Notes: generated from the letters alone by a model not told the origin. A DNA stretch of 64,000 nucleotides from Lobosporangium transversale (GCF_002105155.1 NW_019028979.1:1736001-1800000); one strand, 5' to 3'; shown: positions 38,019-52,615, counted from the first letter of the stretch. Translations and numbers: made by a program.

Positions 38019-40502
38019 CGCTTGAGTCGAATTGAAGGACAACTGATTAATAAAGTAACCTGGATTGGTAAGTGTAATATAAAGTTGAAGACGAGTGATG
38101 GTCACAGACTTAAGCAAGTAAGCTGACTTGACAAGGGAAAAAAGGAGAGAGAAAATAACAGGAGGTGTGTCGATGGAGGCGTCAATGGATGATGAGTAAA
38201 GGAGCAGGAAACGCAAAGGCAAAAGCAGTAAAAGAAACTGAGCAAAAAAAAAATTTTTTTGATGAGAGGATTGTTTGATTGGATTGATTGTTAAAAAAAA
38301 GAATGATGGAGCCAAAAAAGAAAAACAGAAAGAGTGGCCCCATGGAGTTATATTTTGTGATATCTTATTCAAACACCAATAATCAAGTTATTCCATGGGA
38401 TAGGGATAAAACTCAAGAAAAAAGGGGCAAAAGTTGCATGTGTTTTGTAGCATTGCACATGTATAAGATGCAATACCATGCACCTTGACACCCTTTCAAC
38501 CTTTATTTTTTTTTTTTTTTGCTGCTACTGAAAATGCGCGTCTGTGTGACTTATTAGCTCAAGTTCTGAAGCAATGGCGCCAGCAAGAACTATTTATTAG
38601 GGGGTCATTTGTCATTTGATAAAAATCCTTCCGTCAACACACATGTTGTCATAGCATTTGGCATAGCGCTTTCGGGCTGTGAGAACCGAGTGTGGGCTCT
38701 GGTTTAGCCCTCTCTAAAGTAAAAAGCTAGCCCGGCCATAAAAGGCAGGCACTTGTAGAAGGGACTGATAGACCCAAAAAAGGTAAGTTTCAGCACTTAA
38801 AGGATCACCGGGTCTCTTTAATTCCATGATAGGCTCTCCGTCGTGCAGCTAAGGAGTTGTCATCCCCCTTCAATTGCAACGCTTCCCTTTTTAGATAAAT
38901 ACAACCTTCTATGACATTGTTTTACTTTAGAGAGGACTGGGCGGAGCCTATGCTGACACTTTCATGATGGACCCCATTGACTACAATTCTTGAAGTTCTC
39001 CCTGTTGGTTTTGGTGAGGCAGTGGTCTTCATCTTCAGGTGCACAGGGACATCTGAAACTTGTTAGGCACTCATATTTGTATAAGGTAATTAGGTGCCTT
39101 CTAATATTTGTAGCGTTTACTACGGACGACAAAAAGAACGAAACAGCAGAGGATGGTGACCCGTGTGTGGCTGAGTAAAGAGACGTAGAGGAGCAATTGA
39201 CTTGAATGTAGTATAAGAAATATAATATATCCATTATGTGCTTGAAGTATTAATTGTTGGCGATAGAAAATCCATCATCCATAGATGGGGGATCATAAAA
39301 GGAACGGTTGGTCCTCACTTAATTCTCAAATCACCCAGATTTTACTACCAAAACAAAATAAAGCAAGTTTTGCACCAGTGTAATAAGTGATCCCATTGAT
39401 TTGTGATGGATGACCTGATTTTGTACATGAACCGAAATACAGCCATCAACTGTTCAATGTATCCCCAGCACCCTCACACGTACATTAAGAAAATGCGTCT
39501 TTGGACCCTGGCTATCAGTAGAATGGATTTAGGCTCTTGTTCATTCGCTCTTGCGAAGAAATGATGTGTATATTTGATGGCTTTCTCATAGGCCTCTTTT
39601 ATCCTTGATAAATGGCATGTTTTTCATGAAGAGACATCTCAAAGTCGATGACATCTGCTGTTCAATAATTTTAGAATAGTTTTTTTAAGGACAATGAGTG
39701 TACACACTTTGAACTGCTGAATAGAAGGAGACCAAATTACCAACGCGTAAAAGGCCGGACTATAACTCAAAGGCCTACCAGATTGGTTGATAGAACCCCA
39801 TAAGCATCCAGTTCCCTCGTATTATGTCAAAAGGATTCGTATCCAGAGAGTTAAGTGGGTGCTCTTGAGGACGATATTATGGGCGGACAAAGGTATCATG
39901 GCAATGTTAGTATAGGAGTCAAGGCATCGTTTGAACAGTAATAGGAAGGAGCATGATTATGTGCGTACGGACAGGCGGCTTTCTAGTCCAGGCTTGTGCA
40001 TCCAAAGACAAGGAGGCGCGTGTGATCAAATAGAAGGGGTTAGAGTCGCCTCTCGCATCAATCCTCGGTAGGACAGACTATCGTAGCGTTGCCCTTAGAT
40101 AAATTTTTGCCGTAGACACCGGTGCTCTGTTGCCAGAGCAAAGCAGCGCTAAGGATATCAAGGACAAAGGAACGGTGCTTGCAAAATTCGCCAGCATGCT
40201 ATAGAACAAACGACGTTGTAGTAGCTTGATTGGAGCAGCACAGATGGTCGAAGCTCAGGAAAGTAAGGCGGGACTGATATCGAAGGCAGCCTTTCCCCTC
40301 ACTGCAGTGACAGGGTTGATGTCGCAGGCTATACGGCGTGTGTCAAGGAAGTCAACAAAACTGGAGCCTTTCTACAGTGATAATAAGAAAGCTGATAATC
40401 TGTTGAGAATGGTAGGTGGAGTGACTGAAGCTCGTAGGAAAGACGAGAACAAGGATTCCCTGAATAACGTGACGTAGTTAAGGCGGTCGGAAAAAAGTCT
40501 TT

Positions 40503-40542
40503 GCAGACAAGCAGACAAGCAGACAAGCAGACAAGCAGACAA
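40503..40542 (+). repeat. Perfect octamer tandem repeat (GCAGACAA)x5
   Basis: Read directly; about 250 bp upstream of the giant gene. Confidence 0.9.
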
Positions 40543-40791
40543 GGAGTGTCCAGAGCACTCCTTTTCACTTCAACGCGATCCCTCATTACCATTTATTTAT
40601 TATTGTTTTTATTTTTTAAATTAAGGCTTAACTCTCTCACCTGATTAGTTGTTCTAGAATCTGAAGTAATCTCCCACACATTTCTTTTCTTCATTGTGTA
40701 CCGACCAATTCTTCGTATTCTTGTTCCACATTGTATCAAAACTCAACATTAATCATGGGTCATACTACACCAACAATGGCTCCCCACAGAA

Positions 40792-43700
40792 ATGATTCCT
40801 CCAACAATCCAGCCGAAAGCAATGGTATGAAGGATTTCATGACAGACAGAAGTATGGGTGTAACGTCCACTTTCAACAACAGGACTGCCTCCAACAGTGC
40901 ACTGACTTTCATTCTTTTCTTCAAATAGATCAATCATTTCATTACCCTTTACAACTACAGGAAGCCGAAATAACTACAGAACAGCAGTCAGCTGTAGCCT
41001 CAAATCGAATACCGTCTTCATCTCCCATCTCATCACCACTTCCTCCTAGCTATAGTGATAGTAGCTATGCTGCAGCTGCAGGATATGCTCATCCAAACAA
41101 TAACCCACAGACCACTGGCAACCATGCCCTGTCAAATTCCTCAACCCCACTTTTCACTCTCATCAACCTTCCTAATCGGCTTGTGTTTGATAACGTATAT
41201 CTTAATGGACTTCATTCACTATATCGCTTCGGGATCAAAAACATATCTCAATCTGATATTGTTGTCAAGATGCGATCTAGTCTAGGGTCGCAAATATCCT
41301 TTCAGCTGACAAACGAAAACCTGCCGTTTGATCCAGGTGAGGTCAAACTCAACCGTCATTTTGGATGACTATTCCGAGCTGGTTCTCCATCCTTGGAAAC
41401 TTCTGTGGATGTGGTTATCGGGTGTTGTTGAGTTTACAAGCGCTCTTTTTTTTTTTTACCACTTCTGAGTGTCTGCCCTTGATTAGCTCCTTCATGTTCC
41501 AATCTGAAATGTTCAAGTATTTATTTATTGGTTTTATTCGTTTATGCCTCATTAACTAAGCTTTGGCTCCTTCTATCCTTTCAAATGTTCGGTTCGTGTT
41601 AGATACTATTGATAGTACTTTGCAGACCATCTCAACCAATACTGCAGCAGCTGCAGAGGCTGGATCATTGACAGCGACTGGTCATCAATTCAACCAACTT
41701 TTCAATCATGTCAACTTAATCGACGAAGTGGCCATAGCTGCAGGCGAAACTGAATACATTATACTTGGGTTCCTTCCTGATCCGCGTGGCGGGAACAGAA
41801 GAGGCAAATGGGACTCGAACTCTATCAGCCTGGACACTGCTAATGTAGGCTCTGGCAACGGTAGTACACATGGCGATGGAGTACAGATTTATGACGAGAA
41901 CCGTCAACGTGACATGTCCGCCAATGGACTTGTGAACGGAAGCAATATCGAAAGTGACGAGTTTGAAAGTAATGACCAGCAACTCGACAACTTTGATTCT
42001 TTTGAAGTCAACGGACTTGTGTTCTTCTTTGGGTACAAGACTGCAAGTAAATCTGAAGATTCAGGCTCCACTATAACAGATATTACACTCTCCAATTCCC
42101 CACCATCTATTCATGGGTTCCCCAGTGACCTTTTGTCCACAGTAATGGTTACTCCAGGCACGACAAATCAGAATACAATAGGTCCTTCACATGAGGCTTC
42201 ATTAAATAGTACAAACATCGCAATGAACCCCATTACTACTGCAATCACAACTAATAAGGCGGACTATCAACACACAGTTAAATTCAGGTCTACAGTCTGT
42301 AAATCAGTTTTGTATTCCAATATCGGAGAAACCGGGATCATTTTTGAAGATTGTGTAGCGCATCAAGAATCAGTCAAAGACTTTACGATATGGAACCGTA
42401 GTGAGATCCCACTTTATTGGCAATTGAACGTTGTGGATGTTGGCAGCACATCACGGGAGAGTTGGTTGAAATTTGTTGATTATGAAGACTCTTTTGGTGG
42501 AAACGACATCAAGGAAGGCGTTGATCATGTGAATGATCATGGTCAGGTTCATCACTCAAGGACTATACGCTCAAAGCCCATTCAAAGTTACGGCTATCGC
42601 AGGATTCGTGTCATTTTTCGTCCAGTCGAGAATGGTGACTTTTTGTATGATTTGTTGCTAGAAAACCTAAATGATGCCACCAACATTGAAGAGGCCAGTA
42701 TCCACGCTACAGTCCGGGCAGTTTCGAGAGGCGAGGATACCCTCACAATTTCGACAGGGAATACAATGGATTTTGGTGACTGCTGCGCTGGAGTATGGTC
42801 CCGACTGCCTATAACATTTAGTAACACGGGCTTGACACCAATGGAGGTCCATCTAAATGTGGAAGGGGCAGAAGTGGTTTTTGATATCCAGACGGAGACT
42901 GGGACGGAAATATCAGAGCCCTCTCAGGACCTGACAAAGGAAGGGAATTTTCTTTTGGAATCAGATTTACCGTCAGCAACTTGGCATGAAAATCCTCGGA
43001 GATTGGAGTCGTCTGCGAATATGGATCATTTGGAGCAGAGCACATCACCGCTGAACGTGAGTAGGAGTCGTCTTCGTGATTGGATGGAGGATAGGGCCTA
43101 CTCGCCAAGTAGCCTTGGCCAAACTCCTATATCACCGAGCCTTGCAGACTCTGGAGGAACTAAAGGCGACCGCAGTGGACGAGAGCAAGGATTGGTACCT
43201 GATACTGCACCTGCTTCTCCTGTTAATTCTGAGGGGTTCTTTCCAGACAATATTCTGCAGATCAACTCCAACGTGGAAAAATATCTTGCCAACCAAGAAC
43301 ATGCACGAGCATCGCGTGAAGGAACCGAGGACGGTCTTGAGTCAGAACCTGAAAACAGCAGCATTCAGGATTCCACTAATTCTTCTAACGCGCTGGTCGG
43401 CCAAAAGAAACGCCTCAGTTTACGTTCCATCTCATTTTCTGGGGCTCAACGTGACAGGGAATTGGCCCAGAGCCAAATGCATGGACCTAAGTCTCCTGTT
43501 CATGGCAACCAGTCAATGACCCGAATCGAGGAGTTATTCTTGAAACCAGGCAAGGAACGTACTGTTATAGCCTCTTATCGACCGGCTAGGGATTCCTCGA
43601 TTGAAAATTTTCAAGCTGGTAAATTACTTCGAAAGTCGTTCCGTATCATGGTTTCGTATGCGCCATGGGTAGGCACAGCATCATCTGTACCATTTTCTGA

Positions 43701-46700
43701 GAACCCTCAAAAAGACCGGAAGATTATTCAATGCAAAGCTAGAGCTTGTACTTCTTTCGTGACTATCGAGCCTAAATCGTTGGACTTTGGCGATACGGAT
43801 GTCGGGGCACTCAAATCATTGCCTATCAAATTAATAAATCAGTCCGAGATCTCTGCAACCGTTCGGCTGGATTTCCAGAGCAAAGTCTTGAACTGCTCAC
43901 CTTCTGGGGCTATCACTATACCTGCAAAATCCAGTACGGAACTCAAATTGGATATTTATCCACGCAAAGTCAATCCAGATTACAGGAAACAGCTTACACT
44001 TTTCAACCTGACCAATAGAGCCAATGATCAGATTATTGAAGTCCGTTCAACTAACATCGATAAAAATAGGGTTACTTTCCACTCACTATTTTACCGGGTT
44101 CTCTATCCAAGTGGATCAAACTTTTTGGATTTTGGCAATGTAGTAGTCGGTGGTATAAGCTTGCGGACTATTGCCATTTCAAATTTCACTCGCAAGTGGC
44201 TTACTCTTGAGATCACTACGAGTTTAGGCGGTGAGCTGACTGTGTACGAACGTGCCCGCGATGCTCACGGGCATATCAATATAAATGATTTAAATGGCAT
44301 GTTGACGAACAGCTTTGATTCGCAGCCAAAAACCGAAAATGGCGCTCCTACTACCGACCCTACAATTATATCTAGCCGTGGAGGTACGTTTATTGCCTTC
44401 GTTATCTCCCTTCCCCTCTCGTATTTTTTTTTTCCTTCACTAGTCGACAGTTGTTGATACCTTATTTTGTGAATAGCAGCGTCATCACGTATTGAAGCAA
44501 GCGGTGTAGGCAATGTAGCAAATGATGGGCCCAGAACGAACCTTTTCAAACGACGCCAAGATACTCGTGACCAACATTCAGCAACGGGTTCAGAATCGGG
44601 CACATCTGGAGTTATTGGAGGAGCTTCATTAGCCTCTACCTTGGCTCTCAAAGCAAAGGCGATTCTGTTTCATGGCGATGTTTCACAAACTATGGGTACC
44701 TCTCCAGCAAAATTTCTGGATCTTGCCACAAGCAGGCCACGCGAAAGCAAGAAAATTTTGAGACGGATTCCCACCATGAAAGAGCTTTTAGAGCCAACTT
44801 CCCGTTCTAAATCTCTGTCAGCCGAACGATCTATAAAAGGAATGGGTGGTAGTGTTACAGAATCAAATCGAACTCAAAGGATACATGCAAGTCTGCATCA
44901 AACGAGTGGCACTACAGCGAGTGATGGGACATCTAAACGACAAGATGGATCGACAGTACTTTCTCAAAGGCAGCATGACCAAAAGACGCCCCAAAATGAC
45001 GGGAGCGGTCAAGCTTCAGTGACTACGGAGCAACCAGAGAGCTCGTTTTTGAGCGAAAGATCATTGGACAGCGTTTTGTCTGCAATGGATATTAACTCTG
45101 CACCTGGTGGAGCTATGCTTTTTTTCAAGCCTTCGGAGGAAGAGCACTTTGTAAAAGAAAGAATGAAGCTTACACATGAGCTTCAGAACGCTATAACTAC
45201 TGGAGAGCTGACGCCTGTCTCAGTGGTCAGCGTCCCTCCTGAGACGGAGCATCAGCTCATCATCCTATTCACGCCATCATCGACCTTCCGCGACCATATC
45301 AAGGGTATTCCTAAAAAGCAGGATGCGCGCATCTTTCTACGGCTAATTGACTTCGACCATGAGACCGTAGCGAGTCACCCGCAGTTTCGGCCACTACTTG
45401 ATAGCGATCTCACACAAATTCCATTACGGGAGATTGTAGTTCGCTCATCTCTCGTAAGGAGCATCATGGAACTTGGTCAAAACAACATCAATTTTGGTAC
45501 AATGGACAAGGGTGACAGGCGAACAAAGACAATTGTCATTCAAAATCGAAGCAAGGAACCATTGCTTTATCACATTCGTAAATCTGGCTCGATTGCTTCA
45601 GGTGATATCCACTTAATTAATGGAAAGAGCGGTGTCGTACGCGGATACAGCAAGAAAGAGGTTGAGTTTATGTTTGAGCCAACTCTCTCAGGACCGTTTC
45701 ATGAGAAGCTAGCTATCGAGAATGTTCAAGATCCAGACAGTAGCCGGGTCTTGAGTGTTAAAGCCAATATTCGTAAGCCCAAGCACTTCTCTATCGATAC
45801 ACAGGAGCTTGATTTTGGTGTCTGTTATGTCGGGAGAAAAACTGAGTCTAGGCGCATAACTGTGACTAACTCTACCAAGCAAACCAGGACGTTTGAAGTC
45901 CGTGTGGATCCTCATGAAATGATGCCCCTTTCGACAGAATCTCACCATTATGGGGGTGAGATTGATTTTACCATGGAAGATGATCCTCTTGGTCAAGCAA
46001 TTGTCACTAAGGAGATGGAAGATGAGATTGAAATTTTGGAACAAAAGCTCAAAATTGCAAAGAGGAAAGGCCGAGAGGATAAGGTTCTAAAGGTGACAGC
46101 TCGGCTGAGTCTACTCCGAAAAGGCGGTGTCGAGGACAAAGCGGCAACTTCAAATATATCAGGTAATTTTCGAAATACTAATAGATTGAATTCTGTATAT
46201 ATTTATTTATATCCATGCATCTTTTTTCTTATCTCTATCTCGCTAACATGGAGATTGGCTTACAACCAATTCAAATTAATAGCGGATGATGCCACTCCCA
46301 CACAAGAGAAGGTTTTTGAGCTTCCGAAAACAGATCTCATTGACTCACCAATAGCGGATTCTCAATCCAAAGGAGCCGGGGCCCATACCGTTGGATCGTC
46401 TACCACTGTCATCGCTCCAGCAGCCAAAGAAACTCCAAAGTTCAAACGAACTGACCACTCGATTGTTTTCACGTTGGATGGCGGGAAAACAAAATCAGTC
46501 TCTGTATATTTCACAGCCGTACGTGATCAGACCCCTCTACCTGTAGGCACAACTGAAAAAGATCGCTTGCGGCTACAAGGAAAAATTTATGTTCATGAGC
46601 ACAAGAATCGGGATATTTGTCGCGATGTTGCTTTCTATGCAACTGTAGAGTGCAAGACCCCCGTCTGTTTGGATAATGAAATCGACCAAGACGCTGCTGA

Positions 46701-49700
46701 TGTTAAAGCCGCAAAGAAGGCTGCGAAGAAGGCCATTAAGCATGGTGCTGATGGGGTTGATGCTTCTGCTAGATTGGATGCTATCTCGCCTGAAATGAAG
46801 GCACCTTCAAATAATGCAGCTACAAGTGATACTTCCTCGGAGCATAGCTCACCCACAGAGCATCTTATGTTGTCACCCAAACAGTTTGATGGTGGAAAGA
46901 TAGAGCATGGACAAAAGAGCAGTTTTTATTTCACACTATCCAATTCTAGTGACGATTGCTTACCTTTCAAAATCGAGCTCATACAGCCTCCTAGCCATAG
47001 TTCGCGCTTTATCTTTGAAGAAAGCGAGCTTTCAGGAAGTTTAGGTTCGAAGGAGGTTCGGAGAATCACCTTTGAATATTCTGCTTCCGATCTTGGTCGA
47101 CTCCACGATTCTCTCAAAGTGATCAACCTGAACACCAACAAGTCTTATGAGTACGTGTTCACATGCTTCTCTCATCGAGCTCAGTACCTCGCCTTCCCTT
47201 CCGTGGATGATTCTGCTACGTTAGACCTAGGACATTGTTATGTCGACACGGGCCGCAAGTATTCACAAGTTACGCCACTGTTGGTTGAAAATATCACTGA
47301 TGACGACATTTATATTGCGTGTGCATCTAACTTATCGCAGCAGGTTGGAATATACCTTGATGAGCAAGCGGAGAAAGGTCAAGTCACAAAGACACTCTTA
47401 AAAAAACGAAGTATGATTACTGTGTGGGTTGCTGTTCAGCCAAATTTACTTGGGGGAATTGCTGGTGGAAGCACAGCCCGACGAACTACGACAGTTTCTG
47501 GCGCAGTAAACAAAGACCGAGATAGCGAATGTCGTACATTGGTGGGAGGAATCAAGTTTACAATCTCGCTTCCAGAAGAAATTCTGGTCTCAGCCGCGAG
47601 CAATTCAAAGGAGATGGAGGAAACGTTAACGCAGGTGTTTACTCAGACTGTCAAATTCACATCTATCATTGGGCGATCGATCCTCTCAGTTTCCGACACT
47701 CTTCTGAATCTTGGATGGACGCCTGAAGTCGGCAAGCCAGTCTATGGGTCATTTACGTTGCAAAACATGTCAAGTCTGCTACCATTAGATTTTCATGTCG
47801 AATCTCTCTCCGGTAATATCATACTAGATCGAACAGGTGGCATCCTTGATGGTTGGGATATCGATAAAATATCGCCCTCACATCACTCTCGCTCTGATAA
47901 GAGGCTGTCAGACGACTATAATAAGGATTATGGCGACCAAGACTCGACTGAGGTCGCGCCGACGGACCGTTCTCGTTTGTTGATCAGCTTTCGCGTTACG
48001 GCATCTGCGCCAGGGTTATTCATGGACACTATCTTAGTAACTAATGAGAATAACTGTTCCCAGAAGATTGAAATCAAGGTGCGACTTTTTGTTGATCCAC
48101 GACAGCTCCTTACAAGCGCTCATGGCCAAGGATATGCTTGTCCAATGACGCTGGAAGATCTATCCGAGATTCAGGAGGTCAAGCCAGGTGTTCCACGAGA
48201 AGGTCTTAGCCTTCCAAGCTTTACCTGGGAGAATGTCTATGTCAACGTTCACGAAGAGAGAAACTCGGATGGAGGAGAGGCGCCGGTATACGTCTCTTTT
48301 CAGCCTTCATCTGATGACCCACAAGCCCATATTGAAGAGAAATGGATCGAGTTCATAAACGACAGTGATGAGACGATGGAGCTTGTTCCTCTCTCTGATA
48401 TTGGGCTTGATACGCTCTGGCAAGATGTTGACATCAATTCAGGCTTGGAGACCTGGCCCATTGGTGAAAGTGAGGCTGTAGGAATAGATGGGTTTCATTT
48501 CTGTGGCTCCGTTGTGCGGGTGCCTCCAAAGGAAAAGATTCATCTTCTCATTTCTTGCCCATTACCCGATCTACCTTCTAACGATATTGAGCGACTCCAG
48601 AATGGTGAAAATGTCTCATTGTCCGGTAATCTGATGGTTATGGACAGAGGCAAGAAGAAAGTAGTCAAGGTTCTTGGCCTGACATCAAACGTTGGTATCT
48701 CTTATGGAACCGTCACACCTGTTATGATTGAACTTGGAAAAATCGGCCATTACAATTCTTGGGAGAGAGCTAAGGGACGCTTCGAGGTTAGAAATTCCAG
48801 TGACATCCCACTTCAATACGAAGTCCTCTTGGAGCCTTATATGGAGTTATCTCTCGCAGAAAGTGGCGATAATAGCCGTGGGACTGAATCTGCACACAAT
48901 TTGGCAACAAGGCGTACAGTTCATGGACATGGTATTGAATACTTTGAAGTGCTATTGGATCCAAAGAGGATTGAAAATTTTGAAATAGGACGTCGAACTT
49001 TTCCAATCAAGATTTTCAACCTCAGAAACCCAGAAAACGACATGTCTGTTAGTGTGGCCGCAGTTTTGACTGGGTTTGAATTGGGCTTTGACCGACTTAT
49101 GGATGGAAAGCTTGTTCTGCCTCCGTTGATGCACCCTTTGCCTTCAACTGCTCTTCCTTGTGATGCATGGTTCACGATCACCAATAAATCCTCGGAAGAT
49201 GTTAGGTTTGAAATTGGAGCAACCCTTTCTCAAGATGTTATCGACTATGTACATTTAGATGTCTTGTCCCGGTTTTCCAATTCTCCACTCCGTGGTATTA
49301 TTTCTCTCAGTCCTCGTGGATCGATCGAGGTACGCATTCGAGCATTTCCCAAAGAGGGGTCGCGGCTTCCTAGTGATACTTCTGCTCTTTGCACGACAGA
49401 AGGACTTACCTTCGGAAACTTATGGGTATCAACCAAGCCTTCTAATACAGATGATGATTCGACTTCAATGAGATATGCAGAATCTATTTCCATCCGTGGC
49501 ACCCTTGTTGAAGGATCAATGTTCTCACTTTCAACTCAAAGAATCGTTTTCAAAAGCCTACTGGAGACGTCAGATTATGAAGGCGAGAGTGATGATGAGA
49601 ACCTCTCGGCGCCAGACTCGTCACACAACGCTTCATCAAGAGATATTTCCGACGATGGATCAGGCCCAAGTGCCCAGAAAGCAACCATCACTATTTCGAA

Positions 49701-51527
49701 TCTGTCTATGAATTTTCCTTTGGAGTTCCAGGTTGCTCTTGAAGGCCCTATGGAATATCCTGCAGCGGAGATAATCAAAGTAACGCCATTGGACTTTAAC
49801 AATCGTGGAACTATCGAGGCGGGCCAGCAATTCAAGTTGGTTGTAGAGCTGATCGATCCGCACGTAATTATCTCGGAAGATATCAAGCTATATGTCCGTA
49901 ACCTTAACTCACGTCTTGGACAACAACAGCGTGTCTTGATAAGCATCTCCTCTGACAGCAGAGAGCACCGAAAGCCTAACAAGAGACAGATAATTGAGGA
50001 TGAACGTGTTGACCCACACCATCATCAAAACAAACTGGAAGAGACATTCGTGACCAACACAAGTGTTAGTGGATCTTTGTTGATGCAGCCACAAGCTTCT
50101 ACAGATTTAGAGTCTAGTTTATTGCATCCTATCATCTCTTTGCGTGGTTGCAAACGCATCGATTCTAGCGATTCGCAAGGAGGACGCTATGAATTAGATC
50201 TCGGGCAACAAGATATGGGGTCTACAAATGTTCTTCGCAAGATAATATTGGAGAATACGAACTTTGACCGCGTGTCTTATCGTATCAGGACCATTTCATC
50301 ATTAGATAAAAATTGGCTTAAGATCAGCCGTCTAGATGGCACACTAGAACCGCCTTCAGAGGAGCACTTGTCGAGTGGATCATCTTCGGTGCACACCATC
50401 ACACTTAGCTTTGCCACTAATGTGCGCAATGTGTTTTCTACATACCTTCTAATTGAGAATGTGGATAATCCAGGAGACACAAAGACGGTGCGTGTGACAA
50501 TGGAAGTGGTTGCTCGGCAGAATCTGAGGCGAACGACCAAGGGCAATGAAGTCAGCAATCGTGTCTTTGATGTTTACGTAAACGGCATTGACTATAAGAA
50601 TTCTTCCTCTATTGACATGAAGAACCTGTATTATGGTTCTGAGTACACTGCAAGAAGCTTGGTTGTTTACAACCGCGAGACAGTTCCAATGGAGTTCACT
50701 GTAAGTTTAGCCTACTTTTTTTTTTTTTTTTTTTTTTTTTTTCCTTCTAAATATGAAAGTTCTAATCTTTTTATTTATTTATTTTTTTTAAAAAAAAAAT
50801 AGTTCAAATCGAACTTGTCTCCCTCAGACAGTACTGAAATTCTTTTTTCAACATCTCGAACATCTGCAAAGTTGTTCAAGACATTGACAGTTCCATCTGA
50901 AAACCATGTCCGCATTTATATTCGGTTTTTCCCAAAGCCATCTACTGCTATCCAAGCCGCTCTCGATAACGGAGAATACCGCGATCCTGACGAGATGGAG
51001 TTGAAGACTATAGAAATCTACATCAATTGCCGCCTGGTGAAAGATTATCAACACGTGGTTATTCTGACTGCAGAGTGCTACCTACCTGCGATTCGTGTGC
51101 ATTGGCAAGATTCTGTCTCTTTTGTTGGTAAGTAGTTTATTGACGGTATCGGTGTTGAATATCAACTTTGTAAGTGAAAGTGCCTCCTAATCATAGTAAC
51201 AAATTTTTTAGGCCACTTCATACGAGAAACAGCACAGTCATCAGATAGTCCAGATGAATTGAAATTGAGAATCACGGAGGATTATATGATTCTCGGAATA
51301 TCCAATTTGTTAGGCATCCCGTTGGAATATGAAATCGTCAATGATACCATGTACTTCAACCTGGAATATCCAGAACCGGACAAAATGGTGGATGGATTTC
51401 ATAAACATGAAATTCGTGTTGTACCTAACATGAAAGCCCTCTTGCGCAATGCTGAGAATTTTAGAAAGGTATTTTTTTTTTTACTTGCCAATGTCAAGCT
51501 AAATTCCGAGATATTTAATGATTTTAA

Positions 51528-51562
<35 letters not shown>

Positions 51563-52615
51563 AAACAGGAAAGATATGTTCAAGAGAACATCACGATCTA
51601 CAATCGAAATAGACCATTAGAAAACTATTGGATTCCACTGCGAATCAGTTTTGGCAATGTGTCTAATTTCCAGCTTTCATCTGGGTACAAGAGTTCATAT
51701 GCGTTTGGCATGATTGAGCAGCATGTTGTCAACTTCCTTAGCGATTTCAATAGCCATGCGGTCTTAGTGACAATGGGCAGTAGTAACGGCTGCTTCACAG
51801 GAGTTAACAGTACATCAAATGTCGGATCTGGTCCTAATATAGGATTCGGAGGAGCAAGCGGCCTTTATCCTGCTTCTATTGGACTTGGTCCTGATCGCGG
51901 AATCAGTCCATCGAGCTTGGGGTCGAACAGTCCATGTCACTCTTCATCACCTACGCTACTGATGAATGGAGGCAGCGGACTGACGACACTTATGGCGACT
52001 TCTCCATCATCTGGACCAGTCGCAGGAATGCTAGGATTGGGGCGTAGGGCATCACCACTAACAACATACCGTCCCCCGTCCCATCATCCTCATTATCAGA
52101 GCACCGAAGCCCAAGAAACACAGCGTAAATTGATCGATTTGGAGTTCCAATATCGATACGTGGTGGATCAATTAGTGTATTACAGTACGATCAAGACCGG
52201 AGAGAATTTTTTCCAGCTAGCAAGTTTACTATTCTGCACGTTACTCAGTAATCGCATCTTTCAGATATGGTCACCCGCATATTTGAAGGATCCAAGGAAG
52301 GCAGGATCAAGCACAGGTACAGGCACGACTGGACCTGCTGTAGGTTCAGCAAATTTGGCAGTGTCAGGAACTGTAGGATCCGTGACAGCTGATTATGATG
52401 GGAACGTAGAAAGAGCGCAGGTTCAGACAGGGGCGAATGGATTTACGATCCAAGGTGGCCACCACCGGCAACAAGATGAGACAGAGATTCGAGTGTGGCC
52501 AGATTCTTTACGCAAGTGGGTAGAAGCGCTGGACTACTTTGTGTCATTCTTTCCATATCACGCGCGTCAACTGGAGACTCTTAAGGCCTTACATCACAGC
52601 CTGATCTCATCGTAA
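40792..52615 (+). CDS. Giant (~3,640 aa) uncharacterised protein with many Ig-like ASH/PapD-type (HYDIN/CFAP47-like) modules
   Basis: Exons 40792-40824 (start uncertain), 40961-41336, 41603-44383, 44477-46162, 46283-50700, 50803-51127, 51212-51468, 51569-52615; total 10,923 nt, frame-consistent. Recurrent [LI]DFG..(13-16 aa)..[ILF]xN motifs such as LDFGDTDVGALKSLPIKLINQS, INFGTMDKGDRRTKTIVIQNRS and LDFGVCYVGRKTESRRITVTNST. Confidence 0.82.

Noticed and set aside
37314..38372. 352-aa ORF as an independent gene or N-terminal extension
   Set aside because: Its 3' two-thirds is MAPKKK exon 1 (ATG at 38018); the upstream part is low-complexity, UTR-like sequence.
38900..40480. Possible gene remnant in the MAPKKK-giant gene intergenic region
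   Set aside because: No coherent ORF or exon chain on either strand.
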